This document shows, in pieces, positions 30,427 to 48,855 of a DNA stretch of 64,000 bases (position 1 is its first letter; the number at the start of each line of letters is the position of its first letter). The DNA is from Amoebidium appalachense (taxonomy: Eukaryota > Protista > Ichthyosporea), in contig CAVNZM010000013.1 in assembly GCA_963693365.1 (NCBI GenBank), positions 7,425,482 to 7,489,481 on the forward strand, written 5' to 3'. Both the position numbers and the translations under genes were made by a program. A model generated the notes under the pieces. The model searched no databases. It had not been told where the DNA came from and was given only the letters and a program-made list of their open reading frames with translations.

Positions 30427-31323
30427 AAGGGGGGGGGGCAAAGGAAAGTCTTTCCTCTTTTGATACGACTCTAATGTGAGACCTTTCAGCGTGACTCAGG
30501 CTCTCCGCAACCCATTCCACTATCAACCACCGACATGTGGTGCAACTCCCGGGCCACTGCAAAAAAAAAAAAGAAAAGAAAAAAGAAATCCAACTCCGCT
30601 ACAACACTGAAATCGGATACTAAATGATGCAAAGAGCCAGACCTGTGTTGTACCTAGCGAACTAGTGATAACTCAGAAATTTTAAAGGAATTTGCGGTCC
30701 CAATCAAAAAATTCACACTTTTTAAAGGGACTGTGCGGATCCAATCAGCCCATCGGATATCAGATTATTCGATTCCCGGACCCGTCCCGGCGGTATCACT
30801 ATTTGGCCCTATATATGTTTCGAATCCAGCTTGTGCCTTCCAAACACTGGTTGTGTCACTAAAGGGGATGTGAGTGCAGGGATTGAAGGTGAGCAGGTGG
30901 GGTGGACTGAGGGCTAGCTAGCTGGATGGGTGGCCGGCCGGGGAGGGGGGGGAGGAGGGGGGGAGGGGGGGAGGGGGGGGGGGGGCGGGAGGGGAGGGGG
31001 GGGGGCGGGGAGGGGAGGGGGAGGGGAGGGGAGGGGGAGGGGAGGGGAGGCCTGGAGGAGGGGGAGGGGGGCCCGAGGGGGGGGGAGGCTAACTTCCTCC
31101 CGAGTTTCCCCCTCCTGTTTCCTTTCATTCTTTTGTGCTTTTGTCATGTGCGTGCGTAAGTGAGATATTGGCAGTTGCAGTGGTGGTGGTGGTGGTGGTG
31201 CGTGTGTGTGTGTGTGTGTGTGTGCATGCACACGCAAACGTGCGTGTGTACAGGCGGGCGGGGGGTCCCCGGGGGTGGGCGGATGGAGATTGGGTGGTGG
31301 TGGTGGTGGGGGGGGGGGGGGGG

Positions 31324-31504
31324 TTTGAATGCGTCAAAAAGTACGAAGTACACAAGAACAAACGGATAACACGATGCAGAATGCAAGCCATACATAAAGA
31401 GTATGCATAATAAGCAGAGCCCATCCTCAGGGGGGGCCCACGTCATCCACAGTACCCGAGTTTCGACCTATTCCCCTCGTTAACGAAACCCAACTCAGAT
31501 ACTG
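31324..31504 (-). mobile_element. Poly(C)-tailed retroposon, 5'-truncated copy
   Basis: Near-identical to 33577-33757; poly-G on both sides. Confidence 0.85.
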
Positions 31505-32083
31505 GGGGGGGGGGGGGGGGGGGGGGCAACTCTTCCACGATCAGTACTACCCATCCAATTTTCATTAGCCGCACCCAGCCTATGACTATGGTTATATATG
31601 TGCGTCTTCCAGTAGTACTTTCTGAAATTACAAATCTACTTAATTTGTAGTAAAGACACGTTTCTACTACAGTCACCCAAGGCGTGCACGAATTGCAAAT
31701 CTCAAAATCAGTGTATCAATTACCATTTCCTGCCTTTCGTGAAATCAAAACCGGTTTTGGGCATTAGCACGCAGATGAATTGCGTCAATATACTCCGAAC
31801 AACGATTTTTTACACATAACTATGCAAACCGTTCGTAAACATATCTTCCAAACATGAATATAGAGAAGAGCCGACTTGAAACAAAAAGTTCTTACGACGA
31901 TATTTCACTAAATCAATCCTATCATTGAACAACTGCACCAATCGGCCCAAGGCGGTCTTCGAGCCATATACATGTACGACAGATTATGATTGGTTGGACT
32001 AAAAGTACGAATCAGTCCGACAAATCATACGCCTGTAATCATGCAAACAGAATGCGCTTAATTTATAGCACCACAATCTATAT

Positions 32084-32646
32084 TTAGCTGATTGATTTTG
32101 CCTCGTCCACCATTTTGTTTGGGCCCTCTGTGCTCATACTTGTAGGCATGTGGGCGGCCACACCAAGGGCAGTGCCGATGGCTGCACCCCCAACGATGGA
32201 GCCGAAAAGGCCACCTTTCCCCGTAGCGACTTTAAGCGCTGTCAAAGAAACTGCACCGACTCCGGCACCTGCAAAAATACAGCAGTTGGTTAGACTGTTA
32301 CTTTGCACATAGGCTGCTGCCCCCCCCCCCCCCTCCCCCCCCCCCCCCCCCTCCCTGCCCCCTGCCCCCCAACACACACACGGGGGATGGGCTCTACTTA
32401 TTTCGTACTCCTTGTGTGTGCTCTTTTGCATAATCTGCAGTATGATGTTGCTGCACATTTGTACTTCTTAATGTGTAGCTTCTCGAAACCTTCCCCACCA
32501 AACCCCCTGGTGACATTTTCTTCTAACCAGGTGTAGAACAGAAGCCCAGGATGGCCCCACCGGGGGGGGAGGGAGGGGGGGAGGGGGGGGGGGGGGGGGG
32601 GAGGAGGAGGGGGGAGGGGGGAGGGGTTGCAGTTGGTAGCAAACAT

Positions 32647-32685
<39 letters not shown>

Positions 32686-32831
32686 AGATGTGGGATGTGT
32701 ACCTATGAGTGAAAATTGGTTGCAGTGGTTTTGCAGGGTGTTGGAATGCAGGCGGTAGGCTCTGTCTTCGAACCCTGCACGGTCAATGGTGCTTACCTTG
32801 CCGTAGCAGAGAGCAGTCACACCCACCAGAC

Positions 32832-32880
<49 letters not shown>

Positions 32881-33489
32881 AGGGGGGGGTGGTTGGGGGT
32901 TGGGAGGAGGGGAGGGGGAGGGGGGGGGGAGGGGGGAGTGGAGGTTGAAAGGAGGAACACAAATGGCTTGGTTATATGGTCTCAAGGGTGCACTGGCATT
33001 TAGATATAGCTTTATAAGCACGTGAGCCGATAATGACAGCAGAGTTTGAAGCTTGAGCATTTACCTGGGTGTTGAACGCGCAAAGGGTGCAGGTGGGTGG
33101 GGTTGGGAGGGGGCGGCGGCGGCAGCGAGGGGGAAGGGGGGGGGGGGGGGGGGGGGGTTTGAATGCGTCCAAAAAGTACGAAGTACACAAGAACAAACGG
33201 ATAACACGATGCAGGAATGCGGGGGGGGTGAGAAGGAGACAGAGGTAAAGAGGGAGGGAGGGAGGGAGGAAGGGCGGGGAAGAGTGAGAGAGGGAGAGAG
33301 GGATGAGAGGGAGGGAGACAGAGAAACCAGAGAAACGTCTGGGGGGAGAGAGGGGAGGGGGGTTTACATAAAAGTGCTGTTCATATGGAGGGGGACCCCC
33401 CCCTTCCCCCCCCCCCCCCAAAAAGGCAAAAATCCAGGCAAGGGAAATTCAAACAAAGGCAACCATGACAAGATCTCGATGGGGCGCCG

Positions 33490-33521
<32 letters not shown>

Positions 33522-33537
33522 TTTTTTCCTTCTTTTT

Positions 33538-33578
<41 letters not shown>

Positions 33579-34058
33579 TGAATGCGTCAAAAAGTACGAA
33601 GTACACAAGAACAAACGGATAACACGATGCAGAATGCAAGCCATACATAAAGAGTATGCATAATAAGCAGAGCCCATCCTCAGGGGGGGCCCACGTCATC
33701 CACAGTACCCGAGTTTCGACCTATTCCCCTCGTTAACGAAACCCAACTCAGATACTGTTTCACTTGAACATGAGTAGGTCACCCGTCTTGATCAGAGACG
33801 AGCAGGGTTGCTTATGCAGGCAAGGGCAGTGGGAAAGGCCGGGGGTTAGGGGGGGGGGGGGGGGGGGGGGGGACGTTTACCCCAACAGCCCATTTTGCAG
33901 ACACATCGGCCAGACGGGAGGGAGACAGTTGCCTTTTGTAGATCAGGTACGGTATGCCGGCAGTCAGCCCAAGCACAGCACCCGCCTGCCATGCTTTAAG
34001 CGCTATGTGCTTCCAGAGCTCTTGCTGTACGTGTGTGTACGTGTGTGTACGTGTGTGT

Positions 34059-34145
<87 letters not shown>

Positions 34146-34571
34146 GTGTTGCTGTGGTGTTGGTAATGGTGGTGAGAGAGGGGAGGGGGGGGAGGGGGCT
34201 GGGGTTTATTGTTTGTGCTTTGCCCGTATCCCTCTCTCTCTATCTCTCTCCCTCTCCCTTCCCCTCTCCCCCCCTCCCCCCCTCTCTCTCTTTGTGTGTG
34301 TGTGAGTGAGTGTGTGTGTGCATGCGTCGTACTGCGCGTGTGTGCATCCGGCTGGGAGGGGGAGTGCGCACGTGTGTGAGTGTGTGTCTACAAAGGTGTA
34401 GGTGTGCATGTGCGCAAGCAAGAGATCACTATATGGGTCAACGTAGAGTCGTGTTTTGCAAGGAAGGTAACAGTGGATTACAGGGAGAATCAAGTTCTAG
34501 ACGAGATTAAAAAGAATCTCAAAACGTAATTATCGTGGTGGCAGTGGTCTGAGGGGCAGGGGAGAAAGAAA

Positions 34572-34606
<35 letters not shown>

Positions 34607-35329
34607 GGGGGGAGGGGGGGGAGGTGTGTGTGTGAATGAAAATTCTCAGCGTTATCTAGGTAGCTGGAAAAAAGGACCGGTGATTGTTAGTGTTGGGCAA
34701 GCCTGGGGACAGGTATATGCTGAGGGATAAAAAGTGGAGCGTGTGACCCGCACCAGTAGCTTTTCTATTGGCCACCCATGAGCATATACTGCCCCCCGTC
34801 CTTACTGCTCGCTCCCGTTTTGCCGAGCCCTCTGCCCCAGCTGCCCCCCCCCCCCCCCCCCCCCCCTCCCGGGCAACCCCCCCCCCCCCCAAAAAAAAAA
34901 AAAAAAAAAAAAAAAACAGAAAAGAAAGAAAGCCCACATATGCCTACACAGGAAAAAAAGAAAGAAAGAAAGAACGGGAAGCGCTACCCATCCAAAACGC
35001 GGGGGCAGACACCCATACATCTGTGACGGTCCGTGCGCTTTCAAAAACATTACCAACACATACAGACACTCAAGCACGCGTGCGCTCGGAAACGTGCGCG
35101 CGCGCACACACACACACACGCACGCATGCACACACACACGCGTGTGCCCGCATACACACACACACACACACACACGTCCGTATCACCAGCATATAGATCT
35201 GCCTTTTTGTTGCAAGCCCTAACCATTTCTTCCATTCGTAAGATCTTTGGCTTGCTGCACTAAACTTGTAGAACCTCAACTCACCTCTGGGTTGTGGGTG
35301 GGGTCAAACTTTTCCTCTGCACCCTCCAT
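32084..35329 (-). CDS. Small membrane protein, DUF1757-like, 167 aa
   Basis: Exons 35329-35285, 34024-33881, 32832-32703 and 32268-32084 are in phase with GT-AG sites; motifs PEQELWKHIALKAWQAGAVLG and EDRAYRLHSNTLQ; Gly-zipper hydrophobic helices. Family call is from recall, not a search. Confidence 0.75.
33158..33220 (-). mobile_element. Poly(C)-tailed retroposon, very short 3' copy
   Basis: TTTGAATGCGTC...ACACGATGCAG between G tracts. Confidence 0.75.
33577..33840 (-). mobile_element. Poly(C)-tailed retroposon, long (~265 bp) copy
   Basis: Longest copy; G tracts on both sides; lies in an intron of the DUF1757-like gene. Confidence 0.85.
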
Positions 35330-35472
35330 TCTTTTCTGTTGCAGCTCGAGCACACAGTTCACCGTTCTGCAAGGTTGACGCATAAACGGGTCAGCAAAAC
35401 GCTGTGTGTGTCTGTGTGTGTCTTTGTTTGTGTGTGTGTGTGTGTGTGCTTGTTTGCTTGTTTTTTTTTTTT

Positions 35473-35507
<35 letters not shown>

Positions 35508-35518
35508 TTGTGTGTGTA

Positions 35519-35554
<36 letters not shown>

Positions 35555-35851
35555 CGCGCGCACGCACACACGCTCAGAGTGGGGCTGGGGGAGGGGGGGA
35601 GGGGAGAGGGAGAAAGAGAGAGAGAGGGAGTGAGAGAGGAAGTGAGAGGGAGGGAGGGAGGGAGAGGGAGAGGGAGAGGGAGAGGGAGAGGGAGAGGGAG
35701 AGGGAGAGGGAGAGGAAGAGGGAAAGGGAGAGGGGGCGGGGGAAGGGGAGGGGAAGGGGGAGGAGGAGAGGGAGAAGGAGGGAGGGAGGGGGAGAGGGAG
35801 AGAGAGGGAGGGAGGGGGAGAGAGAGAGGGAGAGGGAGAGAGAGGGGGAGG

Positions 35852-35956
<105 letters not shown>

Positions 35957-36312
35957 AAGAGAGAGAGAGCCCGAGAGAGAGAGAAAGAGCCGGGGAGGGG
36001 GGAAGAAAGTGACAGAATGAGGGAGGGAGACGGGGGGCGAGCGGAAGGGGATGGAGGGGGGGGAAGGGGGGGGAGGGGAGAGAGAGAGAGGGGGGGGGGG
36101 GGGGGGGGGGGGGGAGTCAGGTGTGTGCGGATATGATAGAGAGATAGAGAATAACTGAAAATCGTTCCCTGCTTGTCACAGTGTAATCCTTTGTGAAAAC
36201 ATTGTGCGGAATACGGATTGGATGCCTGCTTGCCTTTCGTTCGAAACAGCAATGCCAGTAAAAACGGTGTGCACTACAGACGTCCAGTTATGTGGGTAAC
36301 ATAAATACCTTA

Positions 36313-37219
36313 GGGCCTGTTTGGCAACGCGGAGTTAGCGGCCATACTCCCGAGTAAGAAAGATCGATTTTGGAGTTAGGGCTAAAGCGGATTTTCTGAA
36401 ATCCGCGGATGCCAAACAGACGGCCCAATCTAGCCTGTGTACGCCGGGTTTCAAACCCCTTGGACATCGCTTGTACTCCAATTTCTATAATCCACCTCCG
36501 GAGGTGGATTATGCGCGAAATGTTCAACGCTGTGTGAAGGTCTAAGCCAATGAAAATTCATGTCGTGAGACCTTTTTACATTTCTCTCTCGGCCAATTGT
36601 CGGAAGTGCAATATAGCCAAAAAAGTCAAAGTGGAAATGGCGCCAAACGGAAAGTCCGTTGCCGCCACCTGCATGGTGACTGAGCCTGCATGCGACAGCC
36701 CGAGCGCAGGCTGCGACACAGCCACACACAGCCGGCCACGTGTGGTAGGTCGTATAAAAACAAGCCCCCCCTCAACTATTCTTTCTCTTCGCGGTCAACT
36801 TGTAGGCAACTTTTTTTTTACCATTAGACAATCTTTTGCACATCGGTCAAGATTGTCTGAACTGACAAGATGCCTGTAGGGGGAAGCAAAGAATGCAATT
36901 GCTGCAATTGCGGCCGAAAGGGCCATGTTTCGTGCTAAATACATAGTGGTTTTGCAACCGGAAACGTTGTTGTTGTTATATATGCAAATGGTATCATCAC
37001 AGTGTATACAAATACATACATACGGGTGTGAGGCGAACGGCAAGTTCAAAGCTAGCCCAGGCACCGTCAGTACGTGCCAGTGTCTGTTTGGCACGAGCGG
37101 TTATCTACGCCAGGTTTTGACCTAAATCCGGATTACAAGTCAGAATCTGGATACTGATTTGATACCCGGCGTATACGGTCTACGCCGGAGTTCGTAACTC
37201 CACGTTGCCAAACAGGCCC
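36313..37219. mobile_element. Non-autonomous PIF/Harbinger (Tourist-like) DNA transposon, 907 bp
   Basis: TIRs GGGCCTGTTTGGCAACG...CGTTGCCAAACAGGCCC; TTA target-site duplication at 36310-36312 and 37220-37222; internal TIR-like copies near 36411 and 37083; no transposase. Confidence 0.9.
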
Positions 37220-37649
37220 TTAGTACCTATCCACAACTCTCCTTTGCTATGTTCAACCGCTTATTAGAAGGCATTCTTCTCTGTCGAACCCCTCCACCTA
37301 GCTGGTTAGACCAATCGATCCATGATGCAATTATCAAGCCTGAGCAGAGTTCAACGCACTCCAAAAACCGTCTACGCTTTTATAGACTAAACAAAAGACG
37401 TCATCCTGACGTCATACGTATGTCCAGCAAGTTGCACCCAGGACACGGTCCGGCCCAGCCTGGGGGACGATACCTCCTTGCTTGTATAAACGAGGCCTTG
37501 TTTCCACCAAAATTCCCTGCGTTTGCAAATGAGAATGGCGATGAATGTCAGAAAGTGTAGTTGTGTAATGCAGGCCGCGTAACGTTGAATTCGAAGCTTC
37601 TGAATCCCTCGTAATACTATCACCGTGAGGCTGAATTCGAAAGTTAGTT

Positions 37650-38760
37650 TTTTATATATAATGACTTTATTGATATGCTCATTAAAATGAAGGTAAGAAG
37701 ATACAAAAAACTGTCCTTACTCTCGGATACGGAGGAATTAACGACTGAGATAACCATACACCCTAGAAAACTCACTAAACCAACCGGCGGTGATTTAAGA
37801 GATAGTCAATAGACGTAATATCAGGATTATCTAAATACGCCAGTCGTCTAACTTCGAACGGAATAACATTGAGATAAATAAATACATCTATCTAAATGTT
37901 TGGCACAACACTTATGGAAACAAAGATTACAACGCCAAAACAAACATTTCCAAGCAATATCACAAGGAGGGGCTAGGATTGCAAAATCAGTAAGGGTGGT
38001 AGGTTTACGAGAGGAAGGATGAATATAAGTAGCTAATTTACACAGCGATTGTAAAGAAAATAGACGAGTTTCTAAAATAAAAAGAAGCACAGGCTCAAGA
38101 GTCCTACCATGATACTCTGTATCACTACGATGAAGCAAACCAATTAACATACTGCTGATAAACAGTGGAAGAGAAAAATAAAGGAGATATTGAATATTTT
38201 TAAAAGGATATCTCTGAAGGGGAGATAGATTGGGTATAGGACATTTCCCACGAACATTAGAAATGGGAACAGGTGCTAAAGAAGGAAAGAATTGCAACAA
38301 AGGATGATACGACTGGAAGCCTAGCCAAATGAAAACAAAAGCGAAGTCCTAATTCATTCATACGCTGGTGTGCTGGAGGAAGACCAAAAGCACTTAACAA
38401 AGGTGCCGCCAAAGGACGCCGAGGTGACGTTCGAGAAATAAATTGGATGAATTCACGCTGGAAGGAATCGAATTCCCGAAGAGGCACACAAAAGTAACGG
38501 GAGGCCATATTCGAAACATGGACGAAGGAAAGCTTTATAAAGAGTTAGCAGGTTGGCAGGATGAATGTCAGGAATATTTGCGAAAATTCCTTGATAGATA
38601 TGTAAGCGACCACGCGCACGGGAAAGGCGCGAAGTCAAAAGGCGTTCAAAGCAAATACCGTTAGGGGTGAAGGGAATACCTAAATAGTCATAGGTGGATA
38701 CGACTGGGATAGGAGGTGGAAAGATTTGTGGTTGGAACCGCCGCTTGAATTTTCTTTACG
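37650..38760 (-). mobile_element. 5'-truncated, decayed non-LTR (LINE) retrotransposon: RT C-terminus and tail
   Basis: YDYLGIPF (RT 'YLG' motif, ~38680), LYKAFLRPCFEYGL (thumb), Cys-rich tail and SIDYLLNH; stops and frameshifts; minus-strand AATAAA near 37666 followed by an A-rich end. Confidence 0.8.
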
Positions 38761-39648
38761 TTTTTCAACGGTGGGTGAAACATTGCATATGATGACGTGC
38801 AACTGAGGGTGGGTGTGAAGCCAACGGTGGGTGAAACATTGCATATGATGACGTGCAACTGAGGGTGGGTGTGAAGCCAGTGGCGGTGCACGTGTGTGTG
38901 CATGTGTTGCATAGTTGTCTCCGGGATGCACGTGGATACGTGTGCGTGCACGTGCATCCCGATAGGCCTGACTATGCGTGTTTGATTACATGCATGATTG
39001 TCTGTGCTCGATGGTGGCTGGTAGACACTTGTGTTTGGCACTCCCCGGCCATTGCATGTCCCCAAACAACCATGATTTGTGTTTGGTATGGTCAAAGTAT
39101 ACAGGTCACCTTAGATATCACGGGTGAATAATCTAGCACAAGACTTTCTTTTTTTTTTGGGGGGGGGGGGGGGCATGTACATGCGTGTCATGTTACTTTT
39201 GTGTGGGTTTGAGCAAATGTGTGCACAAGACCGCCAGCGCATTGCAGGTCACATATCATTACGAGTATACTAGAGATTTAGTTTATTGTGTGGTAGTTCG
39301 TTTTTTGACAGACGTTATCTTTCAATCAATTGTGGAGCCCTTTATTACGTGCTTGCGCTCATTCCATACGTAACTCAGTATGATACAGCCATCTCAGTTG
39401 GATCGTACCGTGAATACGAGCAAGTAACTCTATACAGAATGTGTTGCGTGTGTTACAGAATGTGTTGCATGTGTTTCTTTCGCATATGTGGTTCAAACTA
39501 TAGGGCATATTACCCCAAGCTAATAGTCTCCATATTCTATATCATTTAAAATGATCACACAGTGATCGACGAGCCATTCAGGTGTTACCCTACCCGCCTC
39601 TAGCGTCATTATCTAATTTAAATAAAATCAAAATCATATAACAACCTT

Positions 39649-41521
39649 TTACTTCTTCGATGTTGTGGGGCTATCGTTCTCGTTGGAGAACTCCGACTCC
39701 TTCAACAGCTGCTCAAAGTGGCTCATGTGTTCCGCTTTCATGGCATCCAACTGTTCTGCAGTGTACTTGGGCACCAGGAAAGTGGAAATCGCACCCGCCG
39801 CCATCGCCGACGCACTGAAGAACATGACGGCCCGCAGACCATACTTGTCCGAAACAATGGGGTAGGTAAGACCGGCAATACCGGCACCGACCTTGCCCAT
39901 GGCCGCGGCAAAACCGTGGCACGTGGCCTTGACCTGCGTGGGGAAAAATTCACCGGGGATGACGTATGTGGTGGCGTTGGGGCCAAAGTTGCCGAAGAAA
40001 TACGTCAAACCGTAGAGGATAATGAACAGGGCGGGAATCTCCTTTAGGTTCAGGAAGAACCCACCCAGGCAGCAGTAGATGGCCGTGAGCATGCAGAAGC
40101 CGTAGAACTGGATGTTCCAGCGGCCAAGAATGTCCAAAAACGCAACGGAGAACCAGTAGCCCGGCACGGCCATCAGCACCACGTAGAGCGAGTTGAGTGC
40201 CTTGTCCTCAACCGTGTTGCCCAGACCCATCATCCTGCAAGGGGGAAAAAGCCAGGTTAGCACAAGAAAAATTGGTACAGTGTGCACCTCCGTGAACGGA
40301 ATGGATTGTACATGCTTTCCTGCAGACAGCTTCACATAGCATTTGCACCGTTCGTGCTTACGCCAACTGAAGAATGCGCAACGACAGCTTTTTCACCACA
40401 TTCCTGCGAAGTAATACATGCCGGAAGAAAAAGGATTCGCAAAAGGGATTCGAAAAACACGGGAGGAATACGTACGAGGTGATTATGGTGTTGAACAGGC
40501 CGTTGCCATAGAAGGCAATGTCCAGGAAGAACCAGGCTGCAGCGGTACCAATCATCTCCTTCCAGAACACCCTGATGGCACTCTTGACGTTGCCCCAGTG
40601 CGACACGCGCACCTCCTTGGCATCCTTGAAATCGTCCGTCTCGTGGAGCTTCACACGGAAATAAAACACGCACGCAGCAGGGAAGGCACCGAATGCAAGA
40701 GCAAACCTCCATGCAACCTCGTACGGGCAGCCGGCCTGAAGAAGAATGACAACCACGAGTGCAGCCGTGAGCTTACCGAAACCCTGCATAGCAAACACGG
40801 ACGCCATGACCTTGCCGCGCACACGTGTCGTGGTTGCCTCGGCGGCAATGGTTGCAGCCAGGGGATATTCACCACCAACACCGATACCGATAATCAACCG
40901 GAATATGGCCAGCTGGTAGTAGATGCTGAAGGCGGGGGTGTTAACAACAGCAGACGAGGCAAGGGCACCGACAATAATGAGAACACACGTGGTGATAAAG
41001 ATAATACGACGGCCGATATAGTCAGCAAAGCCACCGAAGAAAAGCTGACCAATAACGGCACCCCAAACGGCAGCAGAACCGACCAGAGACTTGTCGAAGG
41101 TGGTCTGGGGGTAGATCTTGGCCATGATGGCAAGCACGTTGTTGATCACGAAGAGGTCGTATCTGCAGGAGAGAAGGGAAACGGTCAAAACGAAACCATG
41201 GTTGTCAAGGTGACCGTGAACACTATGTGCGCGGAATGGCGCAAGATGCGCAAGATGTTCGAGGGAAAAAAAAAAAAAAGGCCAGGGAGAGATAAGAAGA
41301 GACACTTACGCGTCAGCAAGGAAACCCGTTCCGATGATGATAATCTGCGTCACGTTCCTCTTGGTGAAGTATTTGTTGACGGGGGGTGGGGCAGTTCCGC
41401 TCTCGGCAGCTGCCTCGGCTCCTACAGCCAGAGTCCCGGAGTCGGGGAGAGTCGTGCTAGCTCCATCCTTCTGTTTCATGGCCATGGAGCTGGCATCATC
41501 GTCAATGTGTCTAACCTCCAT
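39649..41521 (-). CDS. MFS inorganic phosphate:H+ symporter (PHO84/PHT1 family)
   Basis: Exons 41521-41310, 41162-40476 and 40234-39649 are in phase; motifs GFLADAYDLF, GVGGEYPLAA, WFFLDIAFYG, FFGNFGPNATT, KATCHGFAAAMGK; TATAAAA on the minus strand near 41670. Confidence 0.95.
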
Positions 41522-42183
41522 TTTGGCTCTAGAAGAAGTGTGCCCGTGTATGACTCTTGAGACCGGCGACGGCTGATACTGAGTGAGCCAAGCACTCACG
41601 CAAACACCACTGCCCTAAAGTGATCGATATCATGAGTCGACTGGCAACTTTGTTGATGGGTCGCGGGTTTTATACGCGCTCAATTCGGTCGCCAGTGTAG
41701 AGTGATATGATTGGCTAATTTCGTACCATGCTGGAGGAGTGTAATGAATGCAGCATGCAGTGGCGTAAACAAGTGTATGGCTGTGGACTGGTTCACACGC
41801 CACACGGATAAATTAAAATTTTGACCTCACCGCCAAATACAAGTTGTCTACTAGAATACTAAGCATCAATAATAAGCTTATATCAAAAAAAATCTTAGGA
41901 AGACTATTAGAAAAAGGTGTAAGAAAATGCGAGCCACCCATCAGCTGACACCCAGGTGTTCCAAGATCCCGGATATTTTTAGATAGATCTCACTCGATCG
42001 GCGAATTGGAATTCCAAATTTTCAAGCTTTCTCAGCTGACTACAGCTGACTGTGACTGAGGGCACTTTGGCACCGTGACGAAACCGTGGCCACCGCTGAT
42101 CATGAGAGGAGGTGTTAAGCAATGATAATCCAAGTAGCAGTTTATTTAGTGGACATGCATATGTTTGAACACGGCCATGTGTG

Positions 42184-42185
<2 letters not shown>

Positions 42186-42217
<32 letters not shown>

Positions 42218-42254
42218 CACATATATATATATATATATATATTACACACATGGC

Positions 42255-42298
<44 letters not shown>
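42186..42298. repeat. Interrupted (AT)n microsatellite
   Basis: Direct inspection; the only long (AT)n tract seen in the window. Confidence 0.9.
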
Positions 42299-42299
<1 letters not shown>

Positions 42300-42467
42300 T
42301 AATTGATTTCTCCTTGTAGTCTTTATGGTGTCTCGTAGAGAAAGTAAACCCTGATATATAGTCACCACCCGACATCTATGTACGTGATCATGATATACCG
42401 CTGAGGGGATATTCCGAGCAAACCCCCCCCCCATACCTGAGACTGGTTCTCTTTGCCTCGTAAACCC

Positions 42468-42498
<31 letters not shown>

Positions 42499-43661
42499 TA
42501 TGCTGCGTACCTTCGGGATATCGATTTCCCGCCAGTGACACATATGTACGATGAGGAACGTGCGTGTACGTACGTACGTGTTGTGCACATATGATGCCGC
42601 CCAGTGGCCCACACACGATATATGCATACATGTCTTAGACTACCATATACTGTACCACAGGGGCCATTTGTTATAGTTCAACCTTCGGGCACAAAACTCA
42701 AAGTCAATTATTTTTTCCCTGACAACTTTCACATTTTTTTTTTAGCATCTATCTGTAAATTTTGATTACAGTTTTGAAATTTAAGACACCCTTCGGTAAA
42801 TTACAAGTAGGCCAATCGGCGCTTTCAACGAGGCTGAGGAGTGCAAAGTGTACATCTAGCCAATCCCAAGACAGGAGACCGCACGTTGGGCTTTACTTCC
42901 AACCGATTGGCCTTTTGAATCTTTCCCCAGTAACCTGCGTTTCAGCAAATTCTGCCAGCACAAAAAGTCAGCAACCTGAACCATTAGCCACCTAAGCTTT
43001 CCATGAGGTGATACACGAGCTAAATTTTCCTCAAGTCTTTTTTTTAATTGTTTGGCTAGACATAATCAAGTTCTGATATATATTTTCTCAGCATATTTTG
43101 ATCTTGTAGAAATCGAAATTTTTGAAGGGGGGTTTTCACAGTCAGAAAAACATATGCCCATTTGGCTGGAGTGTAGGGTGATTACAGCTGGAACAGTGAA
43201 CAGCCATCCAATCAGCGATGTGCATCCACCCATGTGCAGGGACCGTGACGTCACGTAATGCTGCTTTGACATGCACCGGGTCTAGGAGGCCTTGCTCCGT
43301 GAGGCACGGTGTGCACTTCGTGACCGTCACGTGCAAGTAGGCTATATGTTATTTTTTGTAGTGTATAATAGATGTATACATGTTTTTTTGTGTGTGTGTT
43401 TTACATGATATATAGATATATAATACATACATCAATCAAATTCGCTTACTTACTACCAAAGAACACCGTCCCGGGGGCTTTCCTATTTTTTAATAGCACG
43501 GCCGTGCACCTGAGGGGCTGGGTGGCTGATATACATGATATTCGATTTTGCAACAACCGTCCTCTCGACCTCTTTTCCCTTTTCATTTGCGCACGCAAGC
43601 CTTATTTCCGTTGCCGCACAGAGAACATCCTTTTTGAGGCAGTAAAGTAGTATTTCTAAAG

Positions 43662-48855
<5,194 letters not shown>

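Noticed and set aside
33780-33845. 5S rRNA or tRNA origin of the retroposon head
   Set aside because: Only short, weak resemblance (CGGCC, CTCGTCTCTGATC, GTTCAAGTG); no convincing internal promoter boxes
36451-36729. BED zinc-finger-like SVWRHF inside the MITE
   Set aside because: The following CxxC and HL..H ligands are missing
40418-41560. 380-aa ORF on the + strand
   Set aside because: Antisense shadow of the phosphate transporter caused by codon bias
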